This document shows positions 19,137-35,324 of a stretch of DNA of 64,000 nucleotides, one piece after another. How positions within the stretch are numbered: the stretch's first letter is position 1; each line of letters opens with the position of its first letter. Under the pieces are notes generated by a model. The model was not told the origin of the DNA. It worked only from the letters and a program-made list of their open reading frames with translations, and did not search any database. Both the position numbers and the translations under genes were made by a program. Source of the stretch: the human T2T-CHM13v2.0 reference genome, Homo sapiens; assembly GCF_009914755.1 (NCBI RefSeq), contig NC_060936.1, one strand, 5' to 3'.

Positions 19137-19770
19137 TGTCAGAGGTGTTTGAACCAGAGTAACTCCATCTTGAATAGGGGCTGGGTAAAATAAGGCTGAG
19201 ACCTACTGGGCTGCATTCCTAGCAGGTTAGTCATTCTTAGTCACAGGATGAGATAGGAAGTTGGCACAAGATACAGGTCACAAAGACCCTGCTGATAAAA
19301 CAGGATGCAGTAAAGAAGTCGACCAAAACCCACCAAAACCAACATGGCGAAAAACGTTACCTATGATCATCTTCACTGCTCATTACACGCTAACTGTAAT
19401 GGATTCACATACTAAAAGACACTCCGACCAGCACCATGACGGTTTACAAATGCCGTGGCAACATCTGGAAGTTACCTTATACAGTCTAAAAAGGGGAGGA
19501 ACCCTCAGTTCTGGGAAATCAATGCCCCTTTCCCAGAAAACTCATGAATAACTCATCCCTTGTTTAGCATATAATCAAGAAATAACTATAAATGTACTCA
19601 GTTGAGCAGGCCATGCCGCTGCTCTGTCTATGGAGCAGCCATCGTTTTATTTCTTTACTTTCTTAATAAACTTGCTTTGCTTTACTTTATGGACTTGCCC
19701 CAAATTCTTTCTTGTGTGAGGTCTAAGAACCCTCTCTTGGGGTCTGGATCGGGCCTACTTTCTGGTAACA
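19137..19770 (+). mobile_element. MER41B solo LTR (ERV1)
   Basis: Starts tgtcagaggtgtttgaaccagagtaactccatcttgaatagg, ends ctttctggtaaca; 634 bp; 4-bp TSD aggt at 19133-19136 and 19771-19774. Confidence 0.9.
19509..19538. promoter_or_regulatory. Tandem GAS (STAT) motifs in MER41B
   Basis: TTCTGGGAA at 19509-19517 and TTCCCAGAA at 19530-19538 both fit TTCNNNGAA; binding not demonstrated. Confidence 0.6.
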
Positions 19771-20019
19771 AGGTGACTTTTGAACCAGTGTATGGTGGCA
19801 CCTTATCTGTCACCCTTAGTACAAGCAGATTCAGTCAAATGGGAAGGGTGGAAACCAAATGGTAACAACCTGAGAAAGTATTTAGTAAGGGTAAATTATA
19901 CTTTCCAGCAATTTGGCTTTATAGGAAAAGAAAAAAACGAGATAAATGCTCTTTCCTCAGTCTAAATCTCATTAGTTGGAATATGTGGTCACACCAAACA
20001 ACTCCAGGGTCTCAGTGGC

Positions 20020-20386
20020 TCGCTAAAAGAAAGGTCTTAGACAAATTAAATTCAATGGAGTTTAATTGAGCAAAGAATGATTCAAGAATCAGGCAGCCCC
20101 TAAATCAGACACTTGAGCAGCAAGGAATCATGGAAACTATGCCTACATTTTCAGATAATTCAGCCCCCTCCCTTCTCCCCCGCTGCTGCCACCGCCATAA
20201 TCCTAACTTCGTGGACTTTCATTAGTTTTACAAAGGCAGCTTTTGTCCCTGAGCAAGGAGGGGATTTGTTTAAGGGGATTCGTTTTAAGGAAGGACTATT
20301 ACCATCCTTGCTTTAAAGTTAAACCATGAACTAAATTCTTCCCATGTTTAGCTTGACTTATGCCCAGGAATGAGTGAAGACAGCCT
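20020..20386 (-). mobile_element. ERV1 (MER4-group) LTR/internal fragments
   Basis: cttagacaaattaaattcaatggagtttaattgagcaaagaa; tttaaagttaaaccatgaactaaattcttccca. Confidence 0.5.
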
Positions 20387-20387
20387 T

Positions 20388-20606
20388 TGCAACCTCCGCC
20401 TCCCGGGTTCAAACCACCCTCCCACCTCAGCCTCCCAAGTAGCTGGGACTACAGTCCATGCCATCACACCCAGCTAATTTTTGATTTCTGTATTTTTAGT
20501 AGAGACAGGATTTTGCCATGTTGCCCAGGCTGAGCTCAAGTGATCCACCCATCTCAGCCTCCCAAAGTGCTGGGATTACAGGCCTGAGCTACCATGCCCA
20601 GCCCAG
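20388..20606 (-). mobile_element. Partial Alu
   Basis: Truncated antisense Alu with internal deletion. Confidence 0.8.
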
Positions 20607-20987
20607 CCTTCTTAACTGCTGCTTCCAGCAACTGATGCAAGAATAGCAGATGCTGACTTTCCTGGTATCCCTCCTGCCAATGAAACAGAAGAAAGTTAAG
20701 TCTTCTGGTATGTTTTGATGAAGACTTTTGCTTTCCTTGCAAAGGAAGTAGACACTGTTGTTCTCTTGTTTCCTTCTTTCTACCTTGACTGCTGTGACCT
20801 TCTTGTGACCATGAGTGACAAGCGTTATGGCATAAAGTCAAGATGCACAGATAACAGAGCAAAAATAGAGAAAGAGCCTGGGTCCTTGATGACAATTGCT
20901 GCCAGAAACCACCTACCTTTGCACTTTATGTCATGTGAGAAAAGTTTAAGCCATGGCTAGGATGGCTTCATGCAACTCAAAGCACTC

Positions 20988-21814
<827 letters not shown>

Positions 21815-22736
21815 AAATGGTATCATAAAAGGGGAAGGGGATGAGATCCCATGCTCTGGTAGAGGCATATGTTAGATAATGAGAGAAGAAAATCAAATGG
21901 GACTCCAAATTTCTTTAATCAGGGTACCTTTGAGAATCAGGCAGTTGGGTTATGAAGCCTCTCACCAGAAAAAAGTATATATAATGGGTTGGATGTGTGT
22001 CCCTGATATGGTTTGGCTCTGTGTGTCCACGCAAATCTCATCTTGAATTGTAATTCCCACATGTCAAGGGAGCAAACTGGTGAGAGGTGATTGGATCATA
22101 GGTTTGGTTTCCTCCATGCTGTTCTCATGATAGTGAGGGAGTTCTCATGAGATCTGATGGTTTAAAAGTGGCAGCTTCTCTTGCTCTCTCTCTCTCTCCT
22201 GCCATCATGTAAGATGTGCCTTGCTTCCCCTTTCCCTTCCACCATGATTGTAAGTTTCTTGAGGCCTCTCCAGCCATGTGCAACTGTGAGTCAATTAAGT
22301 CTCCTTTCTTTATAAATTACCCAGTCTCAGGTGGTATCTTTATAGGAGTGTGAGAATGAACAAATACAGAGAATTGGTACCAGGAGTGGGGGCCTGCTAT
22401 AAAGATAACCTGAAAATGTGGAAGTGACTGTGGAACTGGGTAACAGGCAGAGGTTGGAACAGTTGGGAGGGCTCAGAAGAAGACAGAAAGATGTGGGAAA
22501 GTTTGGAACTTCCTAGAGACTTGTTGAATGGTTTTGAGCAAAATGCTGATAATGATATGGACAATGAAGTCCAGGCTGAGGTGGTCTCAGCTGGAGATGA
22601 GGAATTTATTGGGAACAGAAGCAAAGTTTACTCTTGCTATGCTTTAGCAAAACAGCTGGTGGTATTTTGCCCCTGCCCTAGAGATCTGTGAAACTTTGAA
22701 CTTGAGAGAGATGATTTAGGTTATCTGGTAGAATAA

Positions 22737-22828
22737 TTTTTTTTTTTTTTTTTTTAAGACAGAGTTTTGCTCTTGTTGTCCAGGCTGGAGTGCAATGGCG
22801 CAATCTCGGCTCACTGCAACCTCCACCT
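22737..22828 (-). mobile_element. Heavily 5'-truncated Alu in THE1D internal region
   Basis: About 70 bp of Alu 3' end plus T tail; imperfect TSD ctggtagaataattt / ctggtggaagaaattt. Confidence 0.8.
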
Positions 22829-22846
22829 GGTGGAAGAAATTTCTAA

Positions 22847-23186
<340 letters not shown>

Positions 23187-24585
23187 CTGGCTGATTCTTA
23201 AAGTGTTCAGTCATATGCATTCACAAAGAGATGGCTTGAAACTAGAACTTAGGTTTAAAAGGGAAGCAGAGCAAAAAGGTTTGGAAAATTTGCAGCCTGA
23301 CCACATAGTAGAAAAGAAAAACCCATCTTCTAAGGAGGAATTAAAACTGGCTGCAGAAATTTGCATAAGTAATGAGGAGCCGGATGTTAATAGGCAAGAC
23401 AATGAAGAGAATGGCTCCAGGGCATGTCAGAGATCTGCATGGCAGCCCCTCCCAACACAGGCCCAGAGGCCTAGGAGGAAAACACAGTTTTGTGGGCCAG
23501 GACCAGGGTCTTGCTACCATGTGCAGCCTTGGAACATGGCACCCTGCATCCCAGCCACTCCAGCTCCAGCAGTGGCTAAAAGGAGCCAAGGTACAGCTCA
23601 GATCATTGTTTCAGAGGGTGCAAGCCCCAAGCTTTGGTGGCTTCCACGTGTGTTGGGCCTGCAGGTACACGGAAGTCAAGAATTGGGGTTTGGGAACCTC
23701 TGCCTAGATTTCAGAGGATGTATGGAAATGCCTGGATGTCCAGGCAGAAGTCTGCTGCGGGAGCAAAGACCTCATGGAGAACCTCTGCTAGGGCAGTGTG
23801 GAAGGCAAATGTGGGGTTGGATCCCCAACACAGAGTCCCCACAGGGGCACTGCCTAGTGGAGCTATGAGAAGAGGGCCACTGTCCTCTAGATCCCAGAAT
23901 GGTAGATCCATCAACAGCTAGCACTGTGCACCTGAAAAAGCTACAGGCACTCAATGCCAGCCCTTGAAAGCAGCCACAGGAGCTGTACCCTGCAGAGCCA
24001 GAGGGGCAGAGCTGCCCAAGGCCTTGGGAGCTCACCTCTTGCATCAGTGTGCCTTGGATGTGAGACACAGAGTCAAAGGAGATTTTGGAGCTTTAAGATT
24101 TAATGGCTGCCTGGCTGGGTTTCAGACTTGCATGGGGCCTCTGTCTCCTTGGTTTTGGCCAATTTCTCCAATTTGGAATGGGAACATTTCCCCAATGTCT
24201 GTATCCCCATTGTATCTTGGGAGTAACTAACTTGTTTTTGATTTCACAGTCTCATAGGCAGAAGGGACTTGCCTTGTCTCAGATGAGACTTTGGACTTGG
24301 ACTTTTGAGTTAATGCTGGAATGAGTTAAGACTTTGGGGGACTGTTGGGAAGGCATAATTGGTTTTGAAATGTGAAAAGAACATGAGATTTGAAGGGACC
24401 AGTGGTGGAATAATATGGTTTCGCCCTATGTCCCCTCCCAAATCTCGTCTCCAATTATAATCCCCACATGTCGAGGGACGGACCTGGTAGAGATGATTGG
24501 ATCATGGGGGTGGTTTCCCTCATGCTGTTCTCATGATAGTGAGTTCTCAAGAGATCTGATGATTTAAAAGTGGGAGTCTCCCCTG

Positions 24586-24616
<31 letters not shown>

Positions 24617-25164
24617 CTGCTGTCATGTAAGATGTGCCTTGCTTCCCCTTCACCTTTCACCATGATTATAAGTTTCCTGAGGCCTCCCCAGCCAAGTGGA
24701 ACTGTGAGTCAATTAAACCTCCTTTCTTTATAAATTACCCAATCTCAGGCAGTATCTTTATAGCAGTGTGAGAACAGACTAATACAGACTTGGCCCAAAT
24801 CTTATATTGAATTGTAATCTCCAATGTTGGAGATGGGGCCTGGTGGAAGGTGATTGGATCATGGGGGCAGATTTCCCCTTTTGGTGCTGTTCCCGTGACA
24901 GAGTTCTCTTGAGATTTGGTTGTTTAAATGTATGTGGTACCTCTCCCATTCTCTCTTCCTCCTGCTCTGGCCATGTAAAGTGCCAGCTTTCCCTTCATCT
25001 TCTGCCATGATTGTAAGTTTCCTGAGGCCTCCCCAACCATGTTTCCTGTACAACCTGTGGAAACACTAGCCAATTAAACCTCTTTTCTTTATAAATTACC
25101 CAGTCTCAGGTATTTCTTTATAGTAATGCAAGAACAGACTAATACATATATCCACATATATATA

Positions 25165-26125
25165 GTCAGCTCAGGCTGCTATAACAAATACCATATACAG
25201 GTGGCTTAAACAGCAGGCTCTTCCTTCCTTCCTTCCTTTCTTCCTTCCTTTCTTTCTTCCTTCCTTCCCTTCCCTTCTATCCTTCCTTCCTTCTTCTTTC
25301 TTTCTCTCTCTCTCTCTTTCTTTTCCTTCTTTCTTTCTTTCTTTCTCTTTCTTTTTTTTTGATGGAGTCTAGCTCTGTCACCAGGCTGGAGTGCAGTGGT
25401 GCGATCTCAGCTCACTGCAACTTCCGCCTCCGGGTTCAAGTGATTCTCCTGCCTCAGCCTCCTGAGTAGCTGGAATTACAGGCACACGCTGCCATGCCCA
25501 GCTAATTTTTGTATTTTTTGTAGAAATAGGGTTTCACCATGTTGGCCAGGATGGTCTCGATCTCCTAACCTTGTGATCCGCCCACCTCAGCCTCCCAAAG
25601 TGCTGGGATTACAGGCGTAAGCCACCGCACCTGGCCCCTTCCTTCCTTCCTTTCTTCCTTCCTTCCTTCCATCTCTTTCTTTCCTTCCTTCTCCTTCCTT
25701 CCTTCCTTTCTCTCCTTCTTTCTTTCTCTTTCTCCCTGTCTGTCTTTCTCTCTTTCTTCCGAAACAGGGTCTTACTCTATCACCCAGGCTGGAGTGTAGT
25801 GGTATGATCCTAGCTCACTGTAACCTTAAACTCCTGGGCTCAAGTGATCCTCCTGCCTCAGCCTCCTGAGTATCTAAGACTACAGGCACATATCACCATG
25901 TCCAGCTGATTTTTGTTGCTGTTGTTGTTGTTGTTGTTGCAGAGATGAGGTCTCATTATGTTGCCCAGGGTGTTCTCAAACTTTTGTCCTCCTCCCTCCT
26001 CAGCATCCCAAAGTGCTGGGATTATAGACGTGAACCACCTTGTATAGCCAGACATTTATTTCTCATGGCATTTGTTTCTCATGGTTCTGGAGGCTTGGAA
26101 GTCCAAGAACAAGGTGCCTGATCTG
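25165..26125 (-). mobile_element. MLT1 LTR fragment interrupted by AluSc-like (25352-25636), AluJ-like (25760-26049) and CT-rich tracts
   Basis: gctcaggctgctataacaaataccat...ggcttaaacagcag [inserts] acatttatttctca...ggttctggaggcttggaagtccaag. Confidence 0.8.
25220..25351. repeat. (TTCC/TTTC)n polypyrimidine tract (second tract at 25637-25760)
   Basis: Seen directly. Confidence 0.9.
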
Positions 26126-26390
26126 GCTCTCTGGGAGAAGCTCCTTGTAGTCCCTGTCTGCTATCTAAGAGGCTCTTCCTTGACGGTTATTCTCCACAGC
26201 CACCTATAAGCCTTTGAGGTGGGTGTTGGGAGCCCATGGTCTTTGAAGGCTGCACAGCTTTTGAAGCCCACTCCCTGCTTGTGCAAATTTGGGGACTCAA
26301 GGATTGGTTCAAGGTTCTAACTGTCAAAAGTCTTTTAAATGTAGACTCATTTTTTTCTTTGGCAATATAATTTCCCAGAAACTTAGCAAC

Positions 26391-26753
26391 TGATATGGTT
26401 TGTCTGTGTCCCCACCCAAATCTCATCTTGAATTGTAGGTTCCATAATATCCACATGTCATGGGAGGGACCCGATGGAAGCTAGTTGAATCATGGGGGCC
26501 AGTCTTTCCCATGCTGTTCTCATGATAGTGAATAAGTCTCACGAGATCTGATGGTTTTATAAAGGGCAGTTCCCCTGCTCATGCTGTCTTGCCTGCTGCC
26601 ATGTAAGACATGCCTTTGCTCCTCCTTCACCTTCACCATGATTATGAGGCCTCATTAGCCATGTGGAACTGTGAGTCCATTAAATCTCTTTTTCTTTATA
26701 AATTACCCAGTCTTGGCTATTTCTTCACAGAAGTATGAAAATGGACTAATACA
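26391..26753 (+). mobile_element. THE1C-like solo LTR
   Basis: tgatatggtttgtctgtgtccccacccaaatctcatcttgaattgtaggttccataat...aatggactaataca. Confidence 0.88.
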
Positions 26754-26984
26754 GAAAGCTTCTGATCTTTGCTTCCCATCAGTTCCATAAGCAATGATCA
26801 TGCCCAAAGTTCTTTCCTAGACATCATTTATAGTCAGTCCACTGCAGGGATCTTCCACATAGTAATTCAGAGCCTCAGGCTACTGCCATCGTGCGTTCTG
26901 CCATGCCCTAGGGCATGGATGTCTGGCTCCCTCTCTTGAGTTAACAGCAGCTAGCTTGAGCTTTCTGAAACAACAGGCACGGAT

Positions 26985-27365
26985 GGTGCAAAAGACTAAA
27001 TGTGTCCCCCAAAATTCATATGTTGAAATTTTAACCCCTAAGGTGATAGAATTAGGAAGTGGAGCCTTGAAGAGGTGATTAGGTCATGAGGATGGGACCC
27101 TCATGAGTGGGATAAGTTCATTCTTTTCATGAGGCCCTTATAAAAGAGGCCTCAGAGAGCTTTCTCATTTTCTTTCTGTGGTGTGAGGACACTGTGAGAA
27201 GATGGAAATCTGTAACCCAGAAGAGAACCTTCTCCAGCCCCTGACCATGCTAGCACTCAGATCTCAAACTTCCAGCCTCTTGAACTATGAGAAATAAATT
27301 TCTGTTGTTTTCTAGCTATCTGGTCTATGGTAATTTGTTATAGCAGCCAGAATGGACTAAGAGAG
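26985..27365 (+). mobile_element. MLT1A0-like LTR
   Basis: tgtgtccccccaaaattcatatgttgaaat...gagaaataaatttctgttgttt...agcagccagaatggactaag. Confidence 0.85.
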
Positions 27366-27699
27366 ATGGGAAGTTCACATTCTTAATCAGATCTTTAATA
27401 GTATTAATACATGTTAGTCATAAAGGGCCTTTGTGTTTCAATAATATTTTGTTGCTCTTTGAGGTCCAGAAGTGGTGGGCCTTTATAACCCTTGAGGCCC
27501 TGTGTTTCTGGGCCCTCTCTAGACTCTTTCACTTCTGTTTGCAAACAAATCTTTCCTATAAATTTCATCTGTCTTATAATGTCTAGCTAAAAACAGGGTG
27601 GCAAAAGAGACTGCCTCCTTACTTTTGTATCCTAGGTGCCTCACTCACCTCACCCTTGTCTCTGCCCTGTGAAACGTCTATATATCCTATTACTCTGAT

Positions 27700-28305
27700 T
27701 CTTTCCAACCACTTTCCCGAGAACTACAGGCTTAGTAGGATGCTATCTGTCATCGAAGGAAATACTTTACTACATGTCTTGCCACTTTACAAATTAGGTT
27801 TCCTTTTTCCAGCTTCTTATATTACTTTTCTCACCAACTACCACTCCACTGCTAAGCCAATGCCATATTACTTTAGGTTTTTGTTATTGCAGCACACCAC
27901 TTCTAGATACCAATTTTTGTATTGATTGACATGACACCAGATACTATGACTAACCCTGGAATTTCAGTAGCTTAACCCAATAAAAGTTATTTCTTCTCAC
28001 AGTCAATTCACAGCAGGCATCTTCCACATGGTGATTCAGGGCTTCAGGCTGCTGCCACCTTGTGTCTGCCATGCCGTAGAGCATGGAGTCTTTTGCTTCC
28101 AGGCAGCAGATCACTAAGGACATGGAGGATTACCCATGGGAGGTTTTTAATGTCAAGGCCTGGAAGTGGTGGACATCAGCTCTGTTCACATTCCACTGGC
28201 TAGAACCCAGACATGATCACACCTAATGCAAAGGAGGCTGAGGGATATAATGTAGTTATGTGCTCAGTGAGAAGGGCGAACGGGCTTTGGTGAACACATG
28301 ACAAC
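27700..28305 (-). mobile_element. Old MLT1 internal/LTR relic
   Basis: gcagcacaccacttctagataccaatttttgtatt junction; cacattccactggctagaacccagacatg. Confidence 0.5.
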
Positions 28306-28699
28306 CTCTCTGATGAACTTATACAGCACCAAGAAAACTGGGCCACAAACCAGTGAGTCCTTTGTGTCTTCATAGCATTGTGGTCTTCATAAGGTAGTAT
28401 TCTTCCTTATGAAGTCTAAGCAATCACATCTGGGAGTGAGAGTAGGCCTTTGTTGTTAAATGGTGGGTTACTGCAACTGTTTCCTTGGGGGATAATTTCT
28501 GTAAGGATAGCAGCAAACCTAGGATTAAACTCCACATGTACCCCACCCATCACCCCCAATTCTTTGCCTCTGCCAATAACCCAAGAATTCCTATCACCTC
28601 CCCACCACCTCAATCATTGACATATCTGGTGCTGACAGACCACAGGAAAGGTGTGTCATGATGGGAGGCATGTAGGACTTTGTCAGCCTAAGGGGCTAG

Positions 28700-29170
28700 A
28701 CAGCCATTTCTTCGGGAAGGTTGAGTGACAATAGTTCCCTCCCAAGCAGGACTTGAGTTCTGGGAAGTGATCCCAGAACACCCAAGTAAGGAAGTAGGAG
28801 AAGTAAGTTAGGGAAAGAGAAAAGCTGAAAGCAGATTACTCTCAGGGGCAACAAAGACTCAATCCCAGTACAGACTGAGAAACCATGTGGAACATGCCTC
28901 AGAACTGTCCCTCTAGAAGCCAGGGAGACTGGGGCATTTTTCCAACAACTCCATCCAAATTGGTTGAGAATCGGCCCCAGGAACATTGACACCCTCTCCC
29001 TCAACTATGGGTTGCACTTATAAGTAGCCTATCAGGCTTCTGTACCAGACAAAGAAAGAAGGCCTATGCAGGCACTTGGGATGAAAGCCATCAGTCTGCC
29101 TGTGCCAGGAACTGCCCACAGCTTCAGGGGCACTCAGGTGGGTCCAGGAAACATGGGGAACCTGCTACAG
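28700..29170 (-). mobile_element. ERVL LTR relic (LTR33/LTR16-like)
   Basis: tgggaagtgatcccagaa; atgcctcagaactgtcc; ggggcatttttccaacaactcc. Confidence 0.45.
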
Positions 29171-29989
29171 ATAGGAAGAGGCACAGGCAGTGAAAAGTAA
29201 GGACCTAGACATGTCACGGGCTCTCAAAGTCACCTAGCTAAAATCACACGGTATAGCTCTCATCTGGAGTGGAACTGACTCTGCCTTCCTTGTGTGTGAA
29301 CTGGTATTAGCAGCCAGTATGGATTGAACATTCGCTATATGCCAAGAACTGTACTAAGAAGTTTATAGAAACTATCTTATTTAATACTTATTGACCATGT
29401 TTCATATACCATGGGAAACGCAAGAAATAAGTAAGACTTACTCCCTGCCTTTAAACAATTTAAACTCCAGCAGAAGGGATAAGATAAGCAAACCAAGATT
29501 TTATACAGCAAAGGCTGTGATGAGGGCCATAAGAGTTACAAATACTTAAAAGGCCTTAGAGGTATGAGACTGACTTCGGGATGGTGGATCAGGCTTCATT
29601 GAGCAAGGAGGGGGCATTTGAATCTATCCTTGAAGAACCAGTAGGATTTTGACAGGCATATTAGAGCAAGTACATATGTGGATAAAGCTATGGAGTGTTG
29701 AAAAGCGGGGAGGGGAGGGACACAGGATAGAAGGCAGGAAGGAGGTCAAGTTGGGTGTTGCTAGGAAGCTGTCACAATTTCATCATGCCTGGGGGTGAGA
29801 CAAAATTCATAATGTGAAGTCAAGGTTGGAAGAAGCCAGGTCGAGCTTCAAATTGGGAAATGAAGAATGTATACAGTGGAAAGCAACAAGCATGTGGGAC
29901 AGAACAAGTTTGGCAAGGAGTGAGGTACAGAGGAGCAGAGGCCAGGCGTTCAGGACTAATGCCATGATTGCTGGGTGTCTGTAGCAATT

Positions 29990-31215
29990 CATTCAGTCAG
30001 TCACTCAATACATATCCCTTGTTCACTGTTTTCATTCATTCAACAAATATTTATTGAACGCTCACCTTGTGCCAAGCACTCATTTACATAATAGGGATAT
30101 AGTAGAAGACAAACAGGAAAAATCAGTGACCTCATGGAGTGGACACAGACAACATCATAAATAAAATATCTAGTATGTCAGACAATAAGCGTATGGAGAA
30201 AAATAAGCAGGGAGAGGTGAGAAGGAGTGCTGTCTGGGGAGAGGAAGGTCGTTATTTTAAAGAGAGTGGTCAGGGAAGGCTTCTCTGAGAAAAGAATGTT
30301 TGAGCAAAGACCTGAAGGCGGAGGGAGTGAGCCACGTGGCTCCCTGAGGGAATCCTGCAATTGCAAAGACTCCAGACAGGAAGGTGACTTACTGGTCCAA
30401 AACAGCAGGGAAGCAGGTGTGGCTGGAGCAGAGTGAGTGAACTGCCTGAGGGCTGGTGTTTAGTTTAGAGAGAGGAAGCCAGCCCAGATGGTAAAGGGCA
30501 GTGGTTTTCAATGGGGTGGTGCCATCTGATAGTGGGTGTTTGTGAAATTCACGGAGATGTTTTTGTCTTCTACTGTAGTTGTGCCTGAATGTTTACATAT
30601 TAAAATGCATCTCTTATTGTGGGCTTTCTTTTTATTTCTGCTTTGTATTTTAGATATGACTCTTAAAAATTGTGCATGGAGGGAGGTCATATTATCTCTG
30701 AATTCCAATTCTGGATTGCAAAGGCGGTGTTATACCATGTTGCTACTAACAGCTGCTAACTTGCATCTAACAAAGCTGAGACTCCAGAGAGGGACCATAA
30801 AGGTCATTGTGAGAACTCTAAATTTCACTCTTTAAGCTGAGTTGTTTGAGTAGAGTTGAGCAGAGGAGTGGTGGGGTCAGACTTAGGATTTAAACAGCTC
30901 TTCATGCCTGCCGTATGGAGAACAGAATGCAGGGGCCAGGGGAGAAGCCTGGAGACCAGGTAGGAGGCTGCGGCACTAATGGCGAAAGATGGAGGTGGCA
31001 GTGGAGGAGTGAAAAGTGGTCTGATTCTGTGATATATTTCAGAAGGCGGGAGCTATAAGGTTTTCTGAAAAAGATTTGTAGGGTGTGAGAGAAAGAGAGG
31101 TGTTGAGAATGACTCCATATTTTTGACCTGAGCATTGAAGGATGTAGATACCATCAACTGAAATGGAAAGCCTATAGGTAGAGTTGGTTTGGGGAAAACA
31201 CCAGAATTTACTGGA
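29990..31215 (-). mobile_element. L2 LINE fragments
   Basis: cattcattcaacaaatatttattgaacgctc; gtggtcagggaaggcttctctgag; ttgagaatgactccatatttttgacctgagca. Confidence 0.8.
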
Positions 31216-32029
31216 CACCAAACTATAAACTATATGCCAGGAACTATTTTAGGCACCAGGAACTTTCATAGGTCTGATACAGAGCATTATGTAAAGGAGT
31301 TCATCAGGCCAGAAGCTGAGGCCAGCAAGGACCAGCCTGTTTGACATGTAGGATTCCAGCTAGACTCTAAGCCTTCTGGGGTCAGTGAGCATGGTATGGT
31401 GTCTTGATCAACTCTGTGACCCACTTAGGACATGTTTGATAACTATCTATGGAATGAATGATGACTCTCTGCCTCTCATTCTCTGAGTGATTCAAATCAT
31501 GACGGCATGAAAGTGTATCCTTATGTACAACCATAAAATTATTAGAATAACTGTTCTGGGTTTAGGCAAGGATTTCTTTTGGCTCATTTTGGATATTCTT
31601 ATAAGATTGTAGCACCTCTAGAACAAAGATAGTGTATTTAATCTTTGAATCTGCAGGGCCTAGCGCCTAGCAGGTATTTGTTGAATGAAAACATTTCAGT
31701 GTATTTCCTCAGACTTTTTAAAATCAGGTATATTTTTATGGCCTTGTGATCATAATACCCATTTTATTTGTTTCCTAATTTTTACTTACTCCTTTGTTAA
31801 AATTATTTTTCCATATATAGATTCTTCATTAACTACTATTTTTATGACTGCACAATAATTTATTGCATATGGATAAACCATAATTCCATTACTCATTTCC
31901 TCATTATCCAATAAGATTCTTTTGGGCTATCAAAATAATAAATAAAACATCAATGAATATTTTCCTTAATGAGGCCTTTTATGTACTTTAGGTTATTTTA
32001 GTAGAGTGGTAAGATTTCTTGGTCAAGGA

Positions 32030-32422
32030 CTATAGCAGACATTATTAGTATTTACCAACATCTGTGTTTCTCTGCTCCTTTTGGGCATGCAGAAAGGAGG
32101 CTTCACTTCTCAGCCTCCTTGCCATTGGGTAGGGTCATATGAATAGCTCTGGACAATGAAGCACACTTCATTGTGAATGGAAGTGATGTGTGAATTTCCT
32201 GGATGTGGCTATAGAAAGCCTATGCATGATTTGCCAATCTCTCCTGTTTTCTGCAAGGGTGACCAATGACATTCCAGATGGTAGAGTCCCTGAGTGACAC
32301 AGAACAACCCTCCCTGTTCACCAACCTGAGGTGGGTATGTTGGAACTTTTGTTACAGTAAACTACTAGGATTCTGGGGTTAATTTGTTACCACTGGTAAC
32401 CTAGTCTTTCCTGACTAATACA
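32030..32422 (+). mobile_element. Old MLT1 LTR
   Basis: cacttctcagcctccttgc; ctaggattctggggttaatttgttaccact...ttcctgactaataca. Confidence 0.6.
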
Positions 32423-32724
32423 GAGACTCTGAGCCTTATGACACATTAGAGTATATATTGGCAAATTGCACAGTGTATATATAGTAGGTACCCAATAAAT
32501 ATCTCTTAAATGAATTAATGAGACTGGCCACCAAAATTACATGAAAATACCAATTTCAATGCTTATCAACAGCAATGGATTTATTACTTGATAGTTCTTG
32601 CCAACTTAATAGGCAAAAATATTGTCTTGGCTATATTTTAATTTGTATTTCTTTGCTTATTGGAAAAACTGAACATTTTTCATCTGTTGTTAGCTATTTC
32701 CTCTTTCGTATATTATTTGCTCTA

Positions 32725-33780
<1,056 letters not shown>

Positions 33781-33859
33781 TATTGCTCCATTAAACTATA
33801 TTTGGTATTTTTAATGACTCCAGAAAATTCCATGTCAGAAATCAAATAAACAGTATACT

Positions 33860-34640
<781 letters not shown>

Positions 34641-35324
34641 CACATAAGCAGCTTTCACATAAATGCTATCCACAGTTCTCAGGCAGAATGCTCTCACCAC
34701 CTGTGATCTTGGAACACAGGAAATAGTCACCCTAGAAAATCTGCAACCTATTTGAGCCTGAGGATTGGAGGGTTACATCATGCTGTGTAAGAGAAGAGGC
34801 CACCTTCAGAACATATGCTGTCCAAAATCCTGGAGGAATGGATCCCAGGAACTGTCAGCGCAGCAGACATCACCTGGCATCACAGGATCTCAGCTGCTCC
34901 CCCAGCAACGAGGGCCAGTCCTTCTCCCTGAAACAGAGTATCATTGGCAAGTAGCTTCTGGAGTGTTTACAGTCATCCTCATCAATTTCTGGAAGCATGG
35001 GGTAGAAACTGATTCTGAAGGCAAAGTCTCCAAGAATAGCAACACCCTTCTTCAGCATTTGTTCCTGAAAATCCTTTACCAATGTGTGCTCTTTGGGAGA
35101 CAGTTTAAGGTCACGGAGAGCAGGACAGACAGTGGAATCAGACTACCTGGACTTCCCTCCTGGCTCCTCCAGGACTACTAAACCCAAAAGAGGGGTCTCA
35201 GGGCTGAGGGCAGTGGGCAGATATGGCCCCTGCATCCCAGTCTTAGCAAATCCTCTGCACAGGGTTGGCGGTTGAGATTTTAGGGATTGTGGTACGGTGG
35301 GCTTCCTGGAGCCTGTGCTCTCTA

